From Octopus bimaculoides (lineage: Eukaryota): a stretch of 42,426 nt of DNA. The stretch is from NCBI RefSeq assembly GCF_001194135.2, contig NC_068987.1, positions 71,557,824-71,600,249 of the forward strand. The letters run 5' to 3'. Every line of letters starts with the position of its first letter. The first letter of the stretch is position 1. Of the stretch, positions 1-11,071 are shown in pieces. The translations under genes and the position numbers were made by a program. A model generated the notes under the pieces. That model had not been told where the DNA came from. It searched no databases and saw nothing but the letters and a program-made list of their open reading frames with translations.

Positions 1-48
<48 letters not shown>

Positions 49-153
49 ATATATATATGTGTGTATATATATATGTATGTATGTATACACACACGTATAT
101 GTATATATATATATGTATGTATGTATGTATGTATACACCCACATATTATATGC

Positions 154-184
<31 letters not shown>

Positions 185-209
185 CGTGTGTGTGTGTGTA
201 TACAGAGAG

Positions 210-262
<53 letters not shown>

Positions 263-450
263 AGAGAGAGAGACATTTATATACACATCTATTTACGCAC
301 AGAAATAAATATTTGTACAGAAATACATATATCATACAAATAAAAGTATATATATATAATCTACGCGTATACGTGTGGGTGTACACAAACCCTCCATCCA
401 TACGTACATACATTCACACATGTGTATCGTTCTATTTAGATACATTATAA
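1..450. repeat. Compound microsatellite (TA)n/(TATG)n/(TG)n/(GA)n
   Basis: Directly visible di- and tetranucleotide arrays; the overlapping YI/CV/RE ORFs are artefacts. Confidence 0.97.
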
Positions 451-744
451 ACAAGTTTTAAGCCTAAGCCTAATCCTCTACTCTTAAATATGGCTGCCAA
501 CATTTGCACGGATTCATTTACACTGACTAAAGATCTGTATTACAAGAACCGGCAAAAACAAATTTGCCATTTTAACAACTTCTTAATCTCCCTAATTTCG
601 AACTAATCCACTGCGTTTATCCGTTTCTTTCTATCATTTGATTTGTGCTTGTTTTTGTTTTTTGTTTTTGTTCTGTTTCTGAGATGATTTTCTTCGTATC
701 TTTTTCTCTGTGTGTAAATGTGTTGTGTGTTTGCATATGTTCTC

Positions 745-885
745 TTATATATATATATATATATATGAGTGTGTGTATGTGAGAGAGAGAGGGAGAGAGA
801 AAGTGTGTGTGTGTTTCTGTGTGTTTGTGCGCGCGCGCGTGTGTGGGTGTGTGTGTGTGTGTATGTGTGTGTGTGTGTGCGTGTT
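745..885. repeat. Compound microsatellite (TA)n/(GA)n/(GT)n
   Basis: Visible dinucleotide arrays. Confidence 0.95.
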
Positions 886-1368
886 CGAAAATACTCATAG
901 CGCTGTTGGTTAATCATTTAACTTGTTAAATACGACGAAAATTTGTATGACAAGATTAATTTTTATGAGAGGATTAGTTACTGTTAACTTGTATTTAGTA
1001 CAATAAGTTAGCAAAACGAATCAACAACGAACTTAAATATTTCTTGCAGTATTTAGTTTAGTTTCCATGCTCTGCGATACGGTTTCAAACTGTTCTCGGA
1101 TCGATATTTCATTTTTCTCAGCCCGATAAAGTGGTATTCGTATTGTTTGTTATGCGTAAGACGAGCAATGTTGCTGTGAAAAGGGAAAAAAAAGGCTAAA
1201 AAAAACTCAATCTCTAGCAACGAGGTGGGTGGGGGCCTCCACCCTAGAGTGGAATGACGTTCTCTGGTCAGAACCTTTTTAGAATAAAAGAGATGGGGAG
1301 AGACGGAAGCTAGCGAAAAGCATTACTCCCGACAAGAAGGCTATTCAGCAATGGCAGCAGCAGCGATT

Positions 1369-1402
<34 letters not shown>
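1369..1402. repeat. (GTA)n trinucleotide microsatellite
   Basis: About 11 perfect GTA units. Confidence 0.95.
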
Positions 1403-1575
1403 ATTTAAGTACAATTCTGAGGGCTGCAGGTTTCTTGATACCATCAACCCCAATACGTTATCGACTCCGGACGGATCGAAGACAAAGCTGACCTCAGAAA
1501 GGCAAGATTATACAAATACCACAAAGCATTCTATTCTGCTGCTCTAACGGTTCTATAAATCCACCACCACTCTTA
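1403..1575 (-). mobile_element. Highly degenerate tRNA-derived SINE (called family A in this report)
   Basis: Residual similarity (ttatcgactccggacggatcgaagacaaagctgacctcag...aagcatt...ctaacggttct) to the clearer copies at 4600-4829 and 26739-27152. Confidence 0.5.
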
Positions 1576-1770
1576 AGATACTGGAATCGTACTTTTATCG
1601 GAATTTCACGGTATATCAAATCCTTTGAGTTACAGCAATTTTTATTCTAAAGTAAAAATTTCATTAAATTTTATTTCAGTTGTTATTGGGAAGAAATCAT
1701 GCAAAATACTTAATAGATACTATGTTATCTTTAATTTTGTTTTAATGTAGCTGTTGTCGTTGTTGCTGCT

Positions 1771-1952
1771 GCAGTGGAGGCGGTGGCAGCGGCGATGGCA
1801 GCGGCGGCAGTGGCAGTGGCAGCGGCGGCAGTGGCAGCGGCGATGGCAGCAGCGGTGGTGGAAGCGGCGATGGCAGCGGCGGTGGTGGGGTCAGCGGCGG
1901 CGGTGGTGTCAGCGGCGGCGCTGGTGGCGGCCGCGACGGTGGCAGCGGCGGC
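1771..1952 (+). repeat. Imperfect GC-rich (GGC/AGC/GGT)n trinucleotide tract
   Basis: Visible tract; reads as poly-Ala, Arg/Trp/Gln or Gly/Ser depending on frame. Confidence 0.9.
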
Positions 1953-2539
1953 GATTATTGTTTAGTTGTCCCGATCATCTTTGGTCGTGCAACATTATAA
2001 TATAAGGCCTTCCGCCGTGACCAAGTTCTTTTCCTTTTTGTCTTTTCAGTTGATTTTATATGAACCCCAATCAAGAAGTAGATTTAAAACTCAGAAATGT
2101 CGGGAGATTCATTAAGGCTATAGTGATTTTCCATTCCTAACATATTCTATCCTCTGAGTTGTGCTATTAACTAGCAAAGAAACTCAATTTCCCACTATTT
2201 GTGTCCATCTAGCTCTAAAAACGGAGTAAGCTAAACGTAGCAAAAACCTTGTAAATTAAATGTGCTGCGTAAACGTTCGGTGAGGTATACAAAACCTCTC
2301 TGTGTTACATATAAATCTTTTCCAAATCGATGTTCACAAACCTTCATAGTCTTGTGCACATATTTCAACAAAAGCCTAGGGCTATCTTTCTTTGAATTAT
2401 TAAATGAGAGATTTTTCTTTTAATGTTCTACTTTATAACATAACAGATCGGAGGATAAAGAGCACGCGTCCTTCGCCATTTTCCAGAACTTTCGGGTTAG
2501 TGGAATGTAGAATCCTGTGACTAAAGACATGACCCAAAC

Positions 2540-2691
2540 AATCCTTTCTACTATAGATACCAGGCCGGAAATTTGGGGTGGGAGTTTATCGTTTACCGTG
2601 CTCAACTGGTACTTATTTCATCGACTCTGAAAGGATGAAAAGCAAAGTTGACCTTATTGGAATTTGAACTAGGAACGTATAGACGGAAGAA
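2540..2691 (-). mobile_element. 5'-truncated family A SINE abutting the MITE insertion site
   Basis: ctcaactggtacttatttcatcgactctgaaaggatgaaaagcaaagttgacc...ggaatttgaact is the reverse complement of the family A body at 26956-27152. Confidence 0.8.
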
Positions 2692-2699
2692 ATGTTCAC

Positions 2700-3228
2700 G
2701 GATCTTTTTTAAAACGGGGGCCACATTTTTCATTAACGAAACACTTTGAAACTTGGAACACTGGTAGAATGTGTCATATAAAACATCTTTTTCTCTTAGT
2801 CTTCTTAAAAAAAAAAGAAATCCATAAATTATTCCATGTTAAAGTTGTCGTATTTCTGTAATTTCAACCAATCNNNNNNNNNNNNNNNNNNNNNNNNNNN
2901 NNNNNNNNNNNNTCAGCCGATATACATTAAGCGCCGACTACATAAACAAACGATTCTGAAACAATTAACCCTAACCCTAACCCTAACTCTAACCCTAACC
3001 CTAACCCTAGGGTTAGGGTTAGGGTTAGGGTTAGAGTTAGGGTTAGGGTTAAAGCAAATTTAAAATGAAAAAAGACAATTTTTTACATGAAATAAATTCG
3101 AATACAAAAATATTTTTCTGTTCTATAACACAAAATAGATAAGTATACGAAGTTTGAAAGTCTTTCGGTACCAAAAACACTACGTAAAACATTAATGAAA
3201 AATGTGGCCCCCGTTTTAAAAAAGATCC
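2700..3228. mobile_element. Non-autonomous DNA transposon (MITE), Merlin-like ends
   Basis: Perfect 37-bp TIRs GGATCTTTTTTAAAACGGGGGCCACATTTTTCATTAA (2700-2736 and 3192-3228) flanked by a perfect 8-bp direct repeat ATGTTCAC (2692-2699 and 3229-3236). 5'-GG ends with an 8-bp TSD fit Merlin; superfamily is inferred. Confidence 0.9.
2965..3052. repeat. Palindromic telomere-type repeat (CCCTAA)7-(TTAGGG)7
   Basis: Seven CCCTAA-type units directly followed by seven TTAGGG-type units, one variant per arm (CTCTAA, TTAGAG), bounded by TTAA. Confidence 0.95.
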
Positions 3229-4368
3229 ATGTTCACTGGTAGCCATTCACACAATGTATTAAGCAACATTACATAAATATTTCGGCTGGCCTGGGAATAT
3301 ATCAAATATGTTATACATAACGTTTGATTCGTTCAATATCAATTTCTATTGTAAATAGATTTCTAATAAAAAAGAAATCTGTGAATACGTAGGCATGGTT
3401 CTGTACTTAACAAGTGAGCTTCGCATGCTACACGGTCCGAGTTCGAAAACGTTCTAGGAAAGCCAAACATGTATCTGTCGTTGTCAGTTTGACTGCCAAT
3501 CTGCAGTAAGCCCGAGAGGAAGATGGATGCACCACCTTTAAAAACACACAGTGGTTAGGTCCCAATAACTTAGTACCTATCTATATATGTTTCTAAGTAA
3601 TATACTATTCTTGTGTCCTAATTAGATATGAACATCGAAATTTAACATACGAATAGTGGGACTGAAATAATATTTTTTGCCTTTTTTCATTTAAATTCAT
3701 GATAAATCCTATAGGTTGAAGATGACAAAGTATTAAAGAAGTTCGTTTCCTAAATTCGAACCCATTGCGTGGTATCTTCGGTAGACGGAAACCGTAAAGT
3801 ATCTCAGTGGATTGTTCCAGTAATCGAAAAGGTACGGCTTTGTTACACATTATGTCATGCTCATTTTGATTTGGAATTACATTAACTGTACTCATGTCTG
3901 CGGAATACTCAACTATTTGCTCATTAATTCAGGTACACGTTATTCAGTTGATGAAATGACCAAATTCCTATCATCAAATGGCGGAGACCACACACACACA
4001 CACACCTGGGGTTTTTTTGACAAATTTTATTTCAGTGTTCCCTGGATTCTGACTTTATTACCTGCTGAGGTCAAATCCGCCTTTCAAGTCTTGAGGGATC
4101 GATGAAAAATGCAGTGGATTGACAGAACTATAAAGACACTGAACAGGATACTTTGCTGCACTTGTTTTGGCCCTTTACCTTCTAAATTCTATCGGGGCCA
4201 TGGCATAATCCGTCGCCAGATTGATGACACCACCCGACATTCGGACCAGTTTTGCGATTTCAACATACCTTCTTACTTTGCTCCGGCCAATCTCATAGCC
4301 TTTGTATAGGGTCAACCGCTACATGATTTCGTAACTAAAAGATAAAAAGATACACTTGGGCCGCTACT

Positions 4369-4599
4369 TCTCATAAGAATATTGGTCTCAAAGCCAGCAG
4401 TTTTTTGGGGTTTTTTTTTTTTCGCGGAGTAAGTCGATGATATCGACGCCAGTCTTCAACTGGCACTTATTTTATCGACCTCAGAAGGATGAAAGACACA
4501 GTCGACCATATCGGAATTTGAAGTCAGAGCGTAAAGACGAACGAAATGCCGCCAAGCATTTTGCCCGATGTGCTAACCATCCTGTCAGCTCGCGGCCTT
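4369..4599 (-). mobile_element. Family A SINE, first of a tandem pair
   Basis: Body and head match the adjacent copy and 26739-27152; B-box-like ggaatttgaagtc; ends gctcgcggcctt. Confidence 0.85.
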
Positions 4600-4829
4600 A
4601 TTTCTAATAAGAATATTGATTTCAAATTCTGGTACAAGGCCAGTAAATTCAGGGTAAGGGATAAGTCGATTACATCGACCCAGTACTCAGCTGCTACTTA
4701 TTTTATCGATCTCAGAGAGATGAAAAGCAAAGTCAACCTTAGCGGGATTTGAACTCAGAACGTAAAAGCAAACGAAATGCCGTTAAGCATTATGTCCGGC
4801 GTGCTAATGATTCTGTCAGCTCGCTGCCT
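4600..4829 (-). mobile_element. Family A SINE, second of a tandem pair
   Basis: gggatttgaactcagaacgtaaaag...gtgctaatgattctgtcagctcgctgcctt; a diverged repeat of 4369-4599. Confidence 0.87.
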
Positions 4830-5559
4830 TATTTCACATAAAAAATGTTGCGATTTATTCGAGTGCGGCTTCGGCCATCTTTATAAAATAAGGAGCAATT
4901 GGGGTGAGCAGTGAAAGACAGAAACAAAACCAGTCGGATGTCAAAACTTAGAATATTCAAAACAACACATTCTTAAAATTCGCTGCACAAGAAAAAGGGA
5001 AAAAAAAAACAAATATATTTTATAGAAGACTGTGTGACATTCATGGCCTTCTTAATGGGAAGAATGGGAGCAATTGACGTAAATTCACTTTCTACTTGGA
5101 TTAGAAACCGTTTTGTGAACTTAGTTGTAAATCTACCACCCTCAACACATACTGCAAATAATATTTAAATCTGTTCAACGCATTATGGACTGAAATATTC
5201 CACTCAGGTTATCAAAGGTATTACTCGTTTAGCATTACAGCTAAATTATGGAAATTCAATAACATTAATAGTATATGTATGTTTTGCATATTTACTTTCC
5301 TTTCATACACACTGATCAATTTGCACGTGCGGTAATAAATGTAAATGTGTCTATATGATGAAATCGCTTTATACCTATCGAAATCTTTCATTTCATCTTT
5401 ACTAGGCCCAGCGGTAAAATTACTAAATTGATGTTTCCAATTGGTCAATCAGCCATTTATGTGTCGACGTTCTAATGTTATAAACAGTTAGCTGAAATGA
5501 CAGTATATTAAAAATGTGATTCTATTAGGAAATGTGTATTTGTGTTAGTCTGAGTGTGT

Positions 5560-5602
<43 letters not shown>

Positions 5603-6809
5603 GAGACACACACACACTCAAAGACTGAGAGTGACAGAGACGTATGTGTTGAAGAGTGTGTATGTGTGCGTTTGTGAATATGTTACTATGTGTATAACTT
5701 CATAGTGTGTCGTTGTTGTGTTTTCCTATCTGCGCCGACGATGGCAGCGACGAGAGGCGTCTGAAAGCATTTATCTTCGGACAAACATGATGATGTTATC
5801 TAAAAATTAAAATAAAAGAATGGATTCATACTACATCATAAATAGAATAAAGCAAATAATTATGAATTATCAATTATACGGATTTTTTTTCCTTTACATC
5901 AACAAATAACAAAAATTTAGAAATTACTGGAATTTTTTTTTCTGTTTTTTTTTTTGGTTCTTTTGTTTTTTAATATTACTCAATCACGACTTCTTTAAAA
6001 TGAGAACGTGATTTGGAGGTCAAATTGAAATGGATGATAATTTTTAAAGAATCGTCTATGATAGCTACATGGCGGCAATATGCAGAATCGCAATATGCGT
6101 TAGTGAAATTAATTTGTCGTATTTGTTGCAGTTATTGATGTTTTCAGTTCAAATCATGCCGAGGTCAACTTCGCATGGTAACCTTCCGTCTTCATAAAAT
6201 AAAGTAGCAGACGAGATTAGTGGAACTGTGAAAGTGTTAAATGTAATGCTTTGCTGTATTTATTATAGTAAGTCACTAAGAACATAAGGCGTTCTGAGTG
6301 ACTTGGGTAATACACGATGAAAGGCAAAAGGAGAAAATATACATATTCTGCCAAGGAAGTTCTATGACAAACACGTAGTGCTTGTCCATGAAATCACTAA
6401 ATGTCATTTGTTGACTTGATAGTATGGAAAAAGATCATGGATATATCAGTGAGATATGATAGATAAAAAAAAGACGATTCAACTATAGTCCTTTATAAGG
6501 AAACATAAAGGTTAAGCGAATATTTTTGAGTTGGTTATATAACATACTCTGATGAAGAAGGGTATCAGAGCATCTGAGAAAGTGAAGAATTTATGATTAG
6601 ATGCAAGTCCTGGACTAAATGTTTGCAACAAAGTGTACTCCTGTAAATCACCCAGGGCAAGGTAGTGCTATTAAACCGAGGAATGTATTATTATATATAA
6701 CATGTAAGAAGAGGAACGGTCATTCCCACAGGAATCACATTTAATTTTGTCATATTTAACTTGGAGGCATATGAGGCTATGGCAGAAGGCATCCATCTAA
6801 AAATTTGTA

Positions 6810-7040
6810 CGAGGTGGTACTGAAAAGTTTTTGGCTTTGGGTAACAGATAATACATGAGGGTTAGTTAATTATGATTTTAGTCTACATAGTCTCGTTTCA
6901 GATTCACAGACTTATTATAGTGGTCCTTCAATTTATTTTTTTTCTAAACATGGTAAAAGAACTCAGAACGTTGAGCCTCTTCTAACCAGGCCTTTCGCAA
7001 TACTCTTAAAGCCAGGAACTTTTCAGCTCCCCACTACTCA
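6810..7040 (-). mobile_element. Mariner-derived MITE, degenerate copy
   Basis: TA-cgaggtggtactgaaaagtttttggcttt ... aaagccaggaacttttcagctcc; same family as 17432-17648 and 41494-41711. Confidence 0.8.
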
Positions 7041-7318
7041 TACAGTGGGTTCGAATCTTTAAACATGGTGGTAACAAATGGGCTTGAATTATTATAGTGA
7101 TTTCACGTATGGCATTCCTTGATTTCATCAAAGCTACTTACCACTAATACAAGGAGGAATATATTTGCTGATGGTTAGGTTTTCATTTTAATATCTGGTA
7201 AACGTGACTTAGTAGGGTAGAGTGTTAAAAAATCCGATAGTCATTTGCAGAAAATGTAGTCTCGCAACCTAAAGCGTATAAAAATCATAGTTAGTCGTTC
7301 TGTTCTTTCTATAATTAT

Positions 7319-7371
<53 letters not shown>

Positions 7372-7375
<4 letters not shown>

Positions 7376-7538
7376 TTCTGGGATATATCAAGTGATAGGC
7401 TAGCATGTCCGTACACTAGGTATTCCGACATCAGAGACAAAGTGAGTATGTATGAAAGTTCGAGATAAGGAAATTCACAGTGTATAAGGAATAAAATAGA
7501 ATAAAGAGTAAAAGTAGATAGAAGAATACAGACAGAAT
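7372..7538 (-). mobile_element. Inverted copy of a Penelope-type terminal repeat
   Basis: Reverse complement aligns by eye to 8287-8452; truncated by a (TC)n tract. Confidence 0.65.
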
Positions 7539-7820
7539 ACACCTTTAGATTCTTCCATAGGTCCAAATGCAAGCGAAATCTACACACATAGCACTTGCCT
7601 ATATGCATCCACGGTCGTTACAATATACGTACGTTTTTTTTTTTCATTTCCTTTCCTTCTCTATCAACATAAGTATCTTAGAAGCTAGATAGCTTTAATT
7701 CATTTAACTTTTAATCTTTAATTTTTATTTTAATTCTTCGTCCAATTAATTGTAGTGTTATCCTACATATACCCCTTTAAGCTAGGCATCTATTTTTAGC
7801 TATCCCTACTGACCGCTGAA

Positions 7821-7850
7821 CTAACCCTAACCCTAACCCTAACCCTAACC
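7821..7850. repeat. Short interstitial (CTAACC)5 telomere-type repeat
   Basis: Five CTAACC units. Confidence 0.9.
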
Positions 7851-8099
7851 TAGAATCCTATTCAATTAATTAACATAAATACCTCCCTCCCCCACTTTAT
7901 CAAAGCCTGACCTTTCAATCGACACTTACGAAAAATAATACAGGCATCTTATCGCTATCTTTATTTTTTATTTGTTATTTTTTACTTTTGATTTTTGATT
8001 TTACTTTCGTTCTCATTCATTCTTTCCCTCAGCTATCTCATTCCATTTTTCTCTTTCTCATTTCTCTTCTATCCATTCACTCACATTCCATTTCTGTCT

Positions 8100-8720
8100 G
8101 TCTTGATGATTGCCTTTCTCACTCTATATACCCACGTGGACCACTTACATACTAGCTAACCACTTAATGCATTACATCAACATGAATGCATCATTCAAAA
8201 TACTCCCAAAATACTGCCTGGATTTGCCTTCACGAAAGTACGGACAAATCTCAATACCCTCTGAAAAAAGATGAACTGTGAACTTCATTCTCCGGTTTAT
8301 ATTCTTCTATCTACTTTTACCCTTTATTCTTCTATTTTATTCCTTATAAACTGCAAATTTTATTGTCTAGAACTTTCATACATACTCACCTTGTCTCTGA
8401 TGATCTAGTGTATGGACATGCTAGCCTATCACTTGGCATATCCCAGAAACAGCTGTAAAGACTTCAAATTCACCTTACCCTAAATAAACTAATCTAAATT
8501 ACTTGATATACACGTCCTGCCTTGGTTGTTGTCCTATTTCCTCAAATATAATACATGCCTGCTAACACGGAAGCCTAATACGGATCCCTAGCTCCAGCCT
8601 CAGCTGTGAACTTGGAACCTAACGGATGACCAATTATAGCACTTACTCAGTTTAGATCACTAAAACCCCTCATTTTATTTATAAGATTTTTCTTCCTATG
8701 CTGCTACTTGATTTGATCGT
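8100..8720 (+). mobile_element. Probable 3' fragment of a Penelope-like element (ORF remnant plus terminal repeat)
   Basis: Weak HLMHYINMNASFKILPKY remnant resembling the PLE C-terminus at 38540, followed by a hammerhead-like motif. Boundaries approximate. Confidence 0.5.
8393..8462 (+). ncRNA. Degenerate minimal type I hammerhead-ribozyme-like motif
   Basis: gtct-CTGATGA-(42 nt)-GAAAC-agct-GTA-aagac: intact core boxes, palindromic AGCT stem III loop, near-complementary stem I. The 5' arm of stem II is missing here but present in the 7372 copy. Confidence 0.55.
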
Positions 8721-8751
8721 TATTTAGAATAAAGATCTTATCCTTATTTAT

Positions 8752-8896
8752 GTAGGAAGGGCATCCAGCTGTAGAAACTCTGCCAAATCAGATTGGAGCC
8801 TGGTGTAGCCATCCGGTTTCACCAGTCCTCAGTCAAATCGTCCAACCCATGCTAGCATGGAAAGCGGACGTTAAACGATGATGGTGATAATGATGA

Positions 8897-8899
<3 letters not shown>
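8752..8899 (+). mobile_element. 3' fragment of a SINE with an (ATG)n tail
   Basis: ggaagggcatccagctgtagaaa...catgctagcatggaaagcggacgttaaacgatgatggtgataatgatgatgat; recognised from memory as a common SINE 3' end. Confidence 0.65.
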
Positions 8900-8932
<33 letters not shown>

Positions 8933-9030
8933 CTATATGCAGAGAGAGAGAAGCGAAGTACACACATATGTATGTATTGGTATATATGTGTATTCACACA
9001 AACACATATATATGTAGGTATATATATATA

Positions 9031-9078
<48 letters not shown>

Positions 9079-9123
9079 AAATATATACATGCACACATAC
9101 ACATATGTGTGTATATATATGTA

Positions 9124-9400
9124 TTTTAATTTTTTCAGTTGAGTCATTTGACTGCAGCCATGNNNNNNNNNNACCGCCTTTAGTCGAACAAATCGACCAC
9201 AGGACTTATTCTTTGTAAGCCTGGTGCTTATTCTATCGGTCTCTTTCCCGAACCGGTAAGTTACGGAGAAGTAAACACACCAAAATTGGTTGTCAAGTGA
9301 TGGTGGGGGTACAAACACAGACGCACACATAAATATATACATTAATATGAACCCGGAACAATGCGGTTAGGAAGCAAGCTTCTTACCACGTTTGCGCCTA
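9124..9400 (-). mobile_element. Family B tRNA-derived SINE with an internal deletion
   Basis: Tail and head match the reverse complement of 35690-36072 and 30620-30868; the central segment is missing. Confidence 0.85.
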
Positions 9401-10377
9401 TACATATATATATATATATATANNNNNNNNNNNNNNNNNNNNNNNNNNNNNNNNNNNNNNNNNNNNNNNNNNNNNNNNNNNNNNNNNNNNNNNNNNNNNN
9501 NNNNNNNNNNNNNNNNNNNNNNNNNNNNNNNNNNNNNNNNNNNNNNNNNNNNNNNNNNNNNNNNNNNNNNNNNNNNNNNNNNNNNNNNNNNNNNNNNNNN
9601 NNNNNNNNNNNNNNNNNNNNNNNNNNNNNNNNNNNNNNNNNNNNNNNNNNNNNNNNNNNNNNNNNNNNNNNNNNNNNNNNNNNNNNNNNNNNNNNNNNNN
9701 NNNNNNNNNNNNNNNNNNNNNNNNNNNNNNNNNNNNNNNNNNNNNNNNNNNNNNNNNNNNNNNNNNNNNNNNNNNNNNNNNNNNNNNNNNNNNNNNNNNN
9801 NNNNNNNNNNNNNNNNNNNNNNNNNNNNNNNNNNNNNNNNNNNNNNNNNNNNNNNNNNNNNNNNNNNNNNNNNNNNNNNNNNNNNNNNNNNNNNNNNNNN
9901 NNNNNNNNNNNNNNNNNNNNNNNNNNNNNNNNNNNNNNNNNNNNNNNNNNNNNNNNNNNNNNNNNNNNNNNNNNNNNNNNNNNNNNNNNNNNNNNNNNNN
10001 NNNNNNNNNNNNNNNNNNNNNNNNNNNNNNNNNNNNNNNNNNNNNNNNNNNNNNNNNNNNNNNNNNNNNNNNNNNNNNNNNNNNNNNNNNNNNNNNNNNN
10101 NNNNNNNNNNNNNNNNNNNNNNNNNNNNNNNNNNNNNNNNNNNNNNNNNNNNNNNNNNNNNNNNNNNNNNNNNNNNNNNNNNNNNNNNNNNNNNNNNNNN
10201 NNNNNNNNNNNNNNNNNNNNNNNNNNNNNNNNNNNNNNNNNNNNNNNNNNNNNNNNNNNNNNNNNNNNNNNNNNNNNNNNNNNNNNNNNNNNNNNNNNNN
10301 NNNNNNNNNNNNNNNNNNNNNNNNNNNNNNNNNNNNNNNNNNNNNNNNNNNNNNNNNNNNNNNNNNNNNNNNNNNNN

Positions 10378-10416
<39 letters not shown>

Positions 10417-10524
10417 GTATATATAACATACGCGCACACACGCACACATACCCATACACATGCATACCAATACACGCACATACACACATATCTGTGTTCT
10501 ACATTTTTACTTACTGTCGCTTAC

Positions 10525-10850
10525 GTGTTCTCCTCGTTCGCCTCTTTATTTTAAAAATATTTAAATTTCTATTTAAATATCAGACTCTAGGTATACTTTC
10601 AGTCATTTGCAAGCAGCAACTGTTTACGTATCTATATTTTGTTTCATATTGATTTAAATCCGATAATATAATTCGTCATTTGGTTTTACTACCAATATAA
10701 AAAGGAATTGCGATTTTTCATCTCTACTTTTTATATTCAAACCTACAAACATACATACACACGTACACTCGTATGCGTGTGTGAGTGTATTTTCTATACT
10801 GGAATATACAGTAATGGAGGAATATTAAATACGAAATGCTCATAAAAATA
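10525..10850 (+). repeat. Diverged non-coding block, copy 1 (paralog at 18632-18910)
   Basis: Collinear shared words: tctttatttt, atatttaaatttc, cagtcatttgca, agcaac, catattgatttaa, cgtcattt, ttttcatctctactttt, gaatattaaat, cataaaaa. Confidence 0.8.
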
Positions 10851-10891
10851 AGAAACCATCTATAAGCGAAACAACATAGGTGTCTGTATAC

Positions 10892-10932
<41 letters not shown>

Positions 10933-11039
10933 GGCTTGTCTGTGTGTCTATTTATCCATCTATCTATATGTGTGTGTGTATAAATATATATATATGTGTG
11001 TGTGTGTTTAAATAAATAAATATATATATATATATATAC

Positions 11040-11071
<32 letters not shown>

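Noticed and set aside
35-917. YI/CV/RE/HT-repeat ORFs, here and throughout the window
   Set aside because: Translations of (TA)n, (GT)n, (GA)n and (CA)n microsatellites.
2965-3052. Chromosome end-to-end fusion scar
   Set aside because: Orientation is C-rich then G-rich, the tract is short, and it lies inside a TIR/TSD-bounded element.
3715-3831. 117-nt plus-strand segment with good AG/GT sites
   Set aside because: Stops occur in all three frames; no recognisable product.
5375-5491. 117-nt minus-strand AG/GT segment, and an overlapping plus-strand possible last exon (5406-5475, PSGKITKLMFPIGQSAIYVSTF*)
   Set aside because: The minus version has stops in all frames; the plus version is too short and has no supporting upstream exon.
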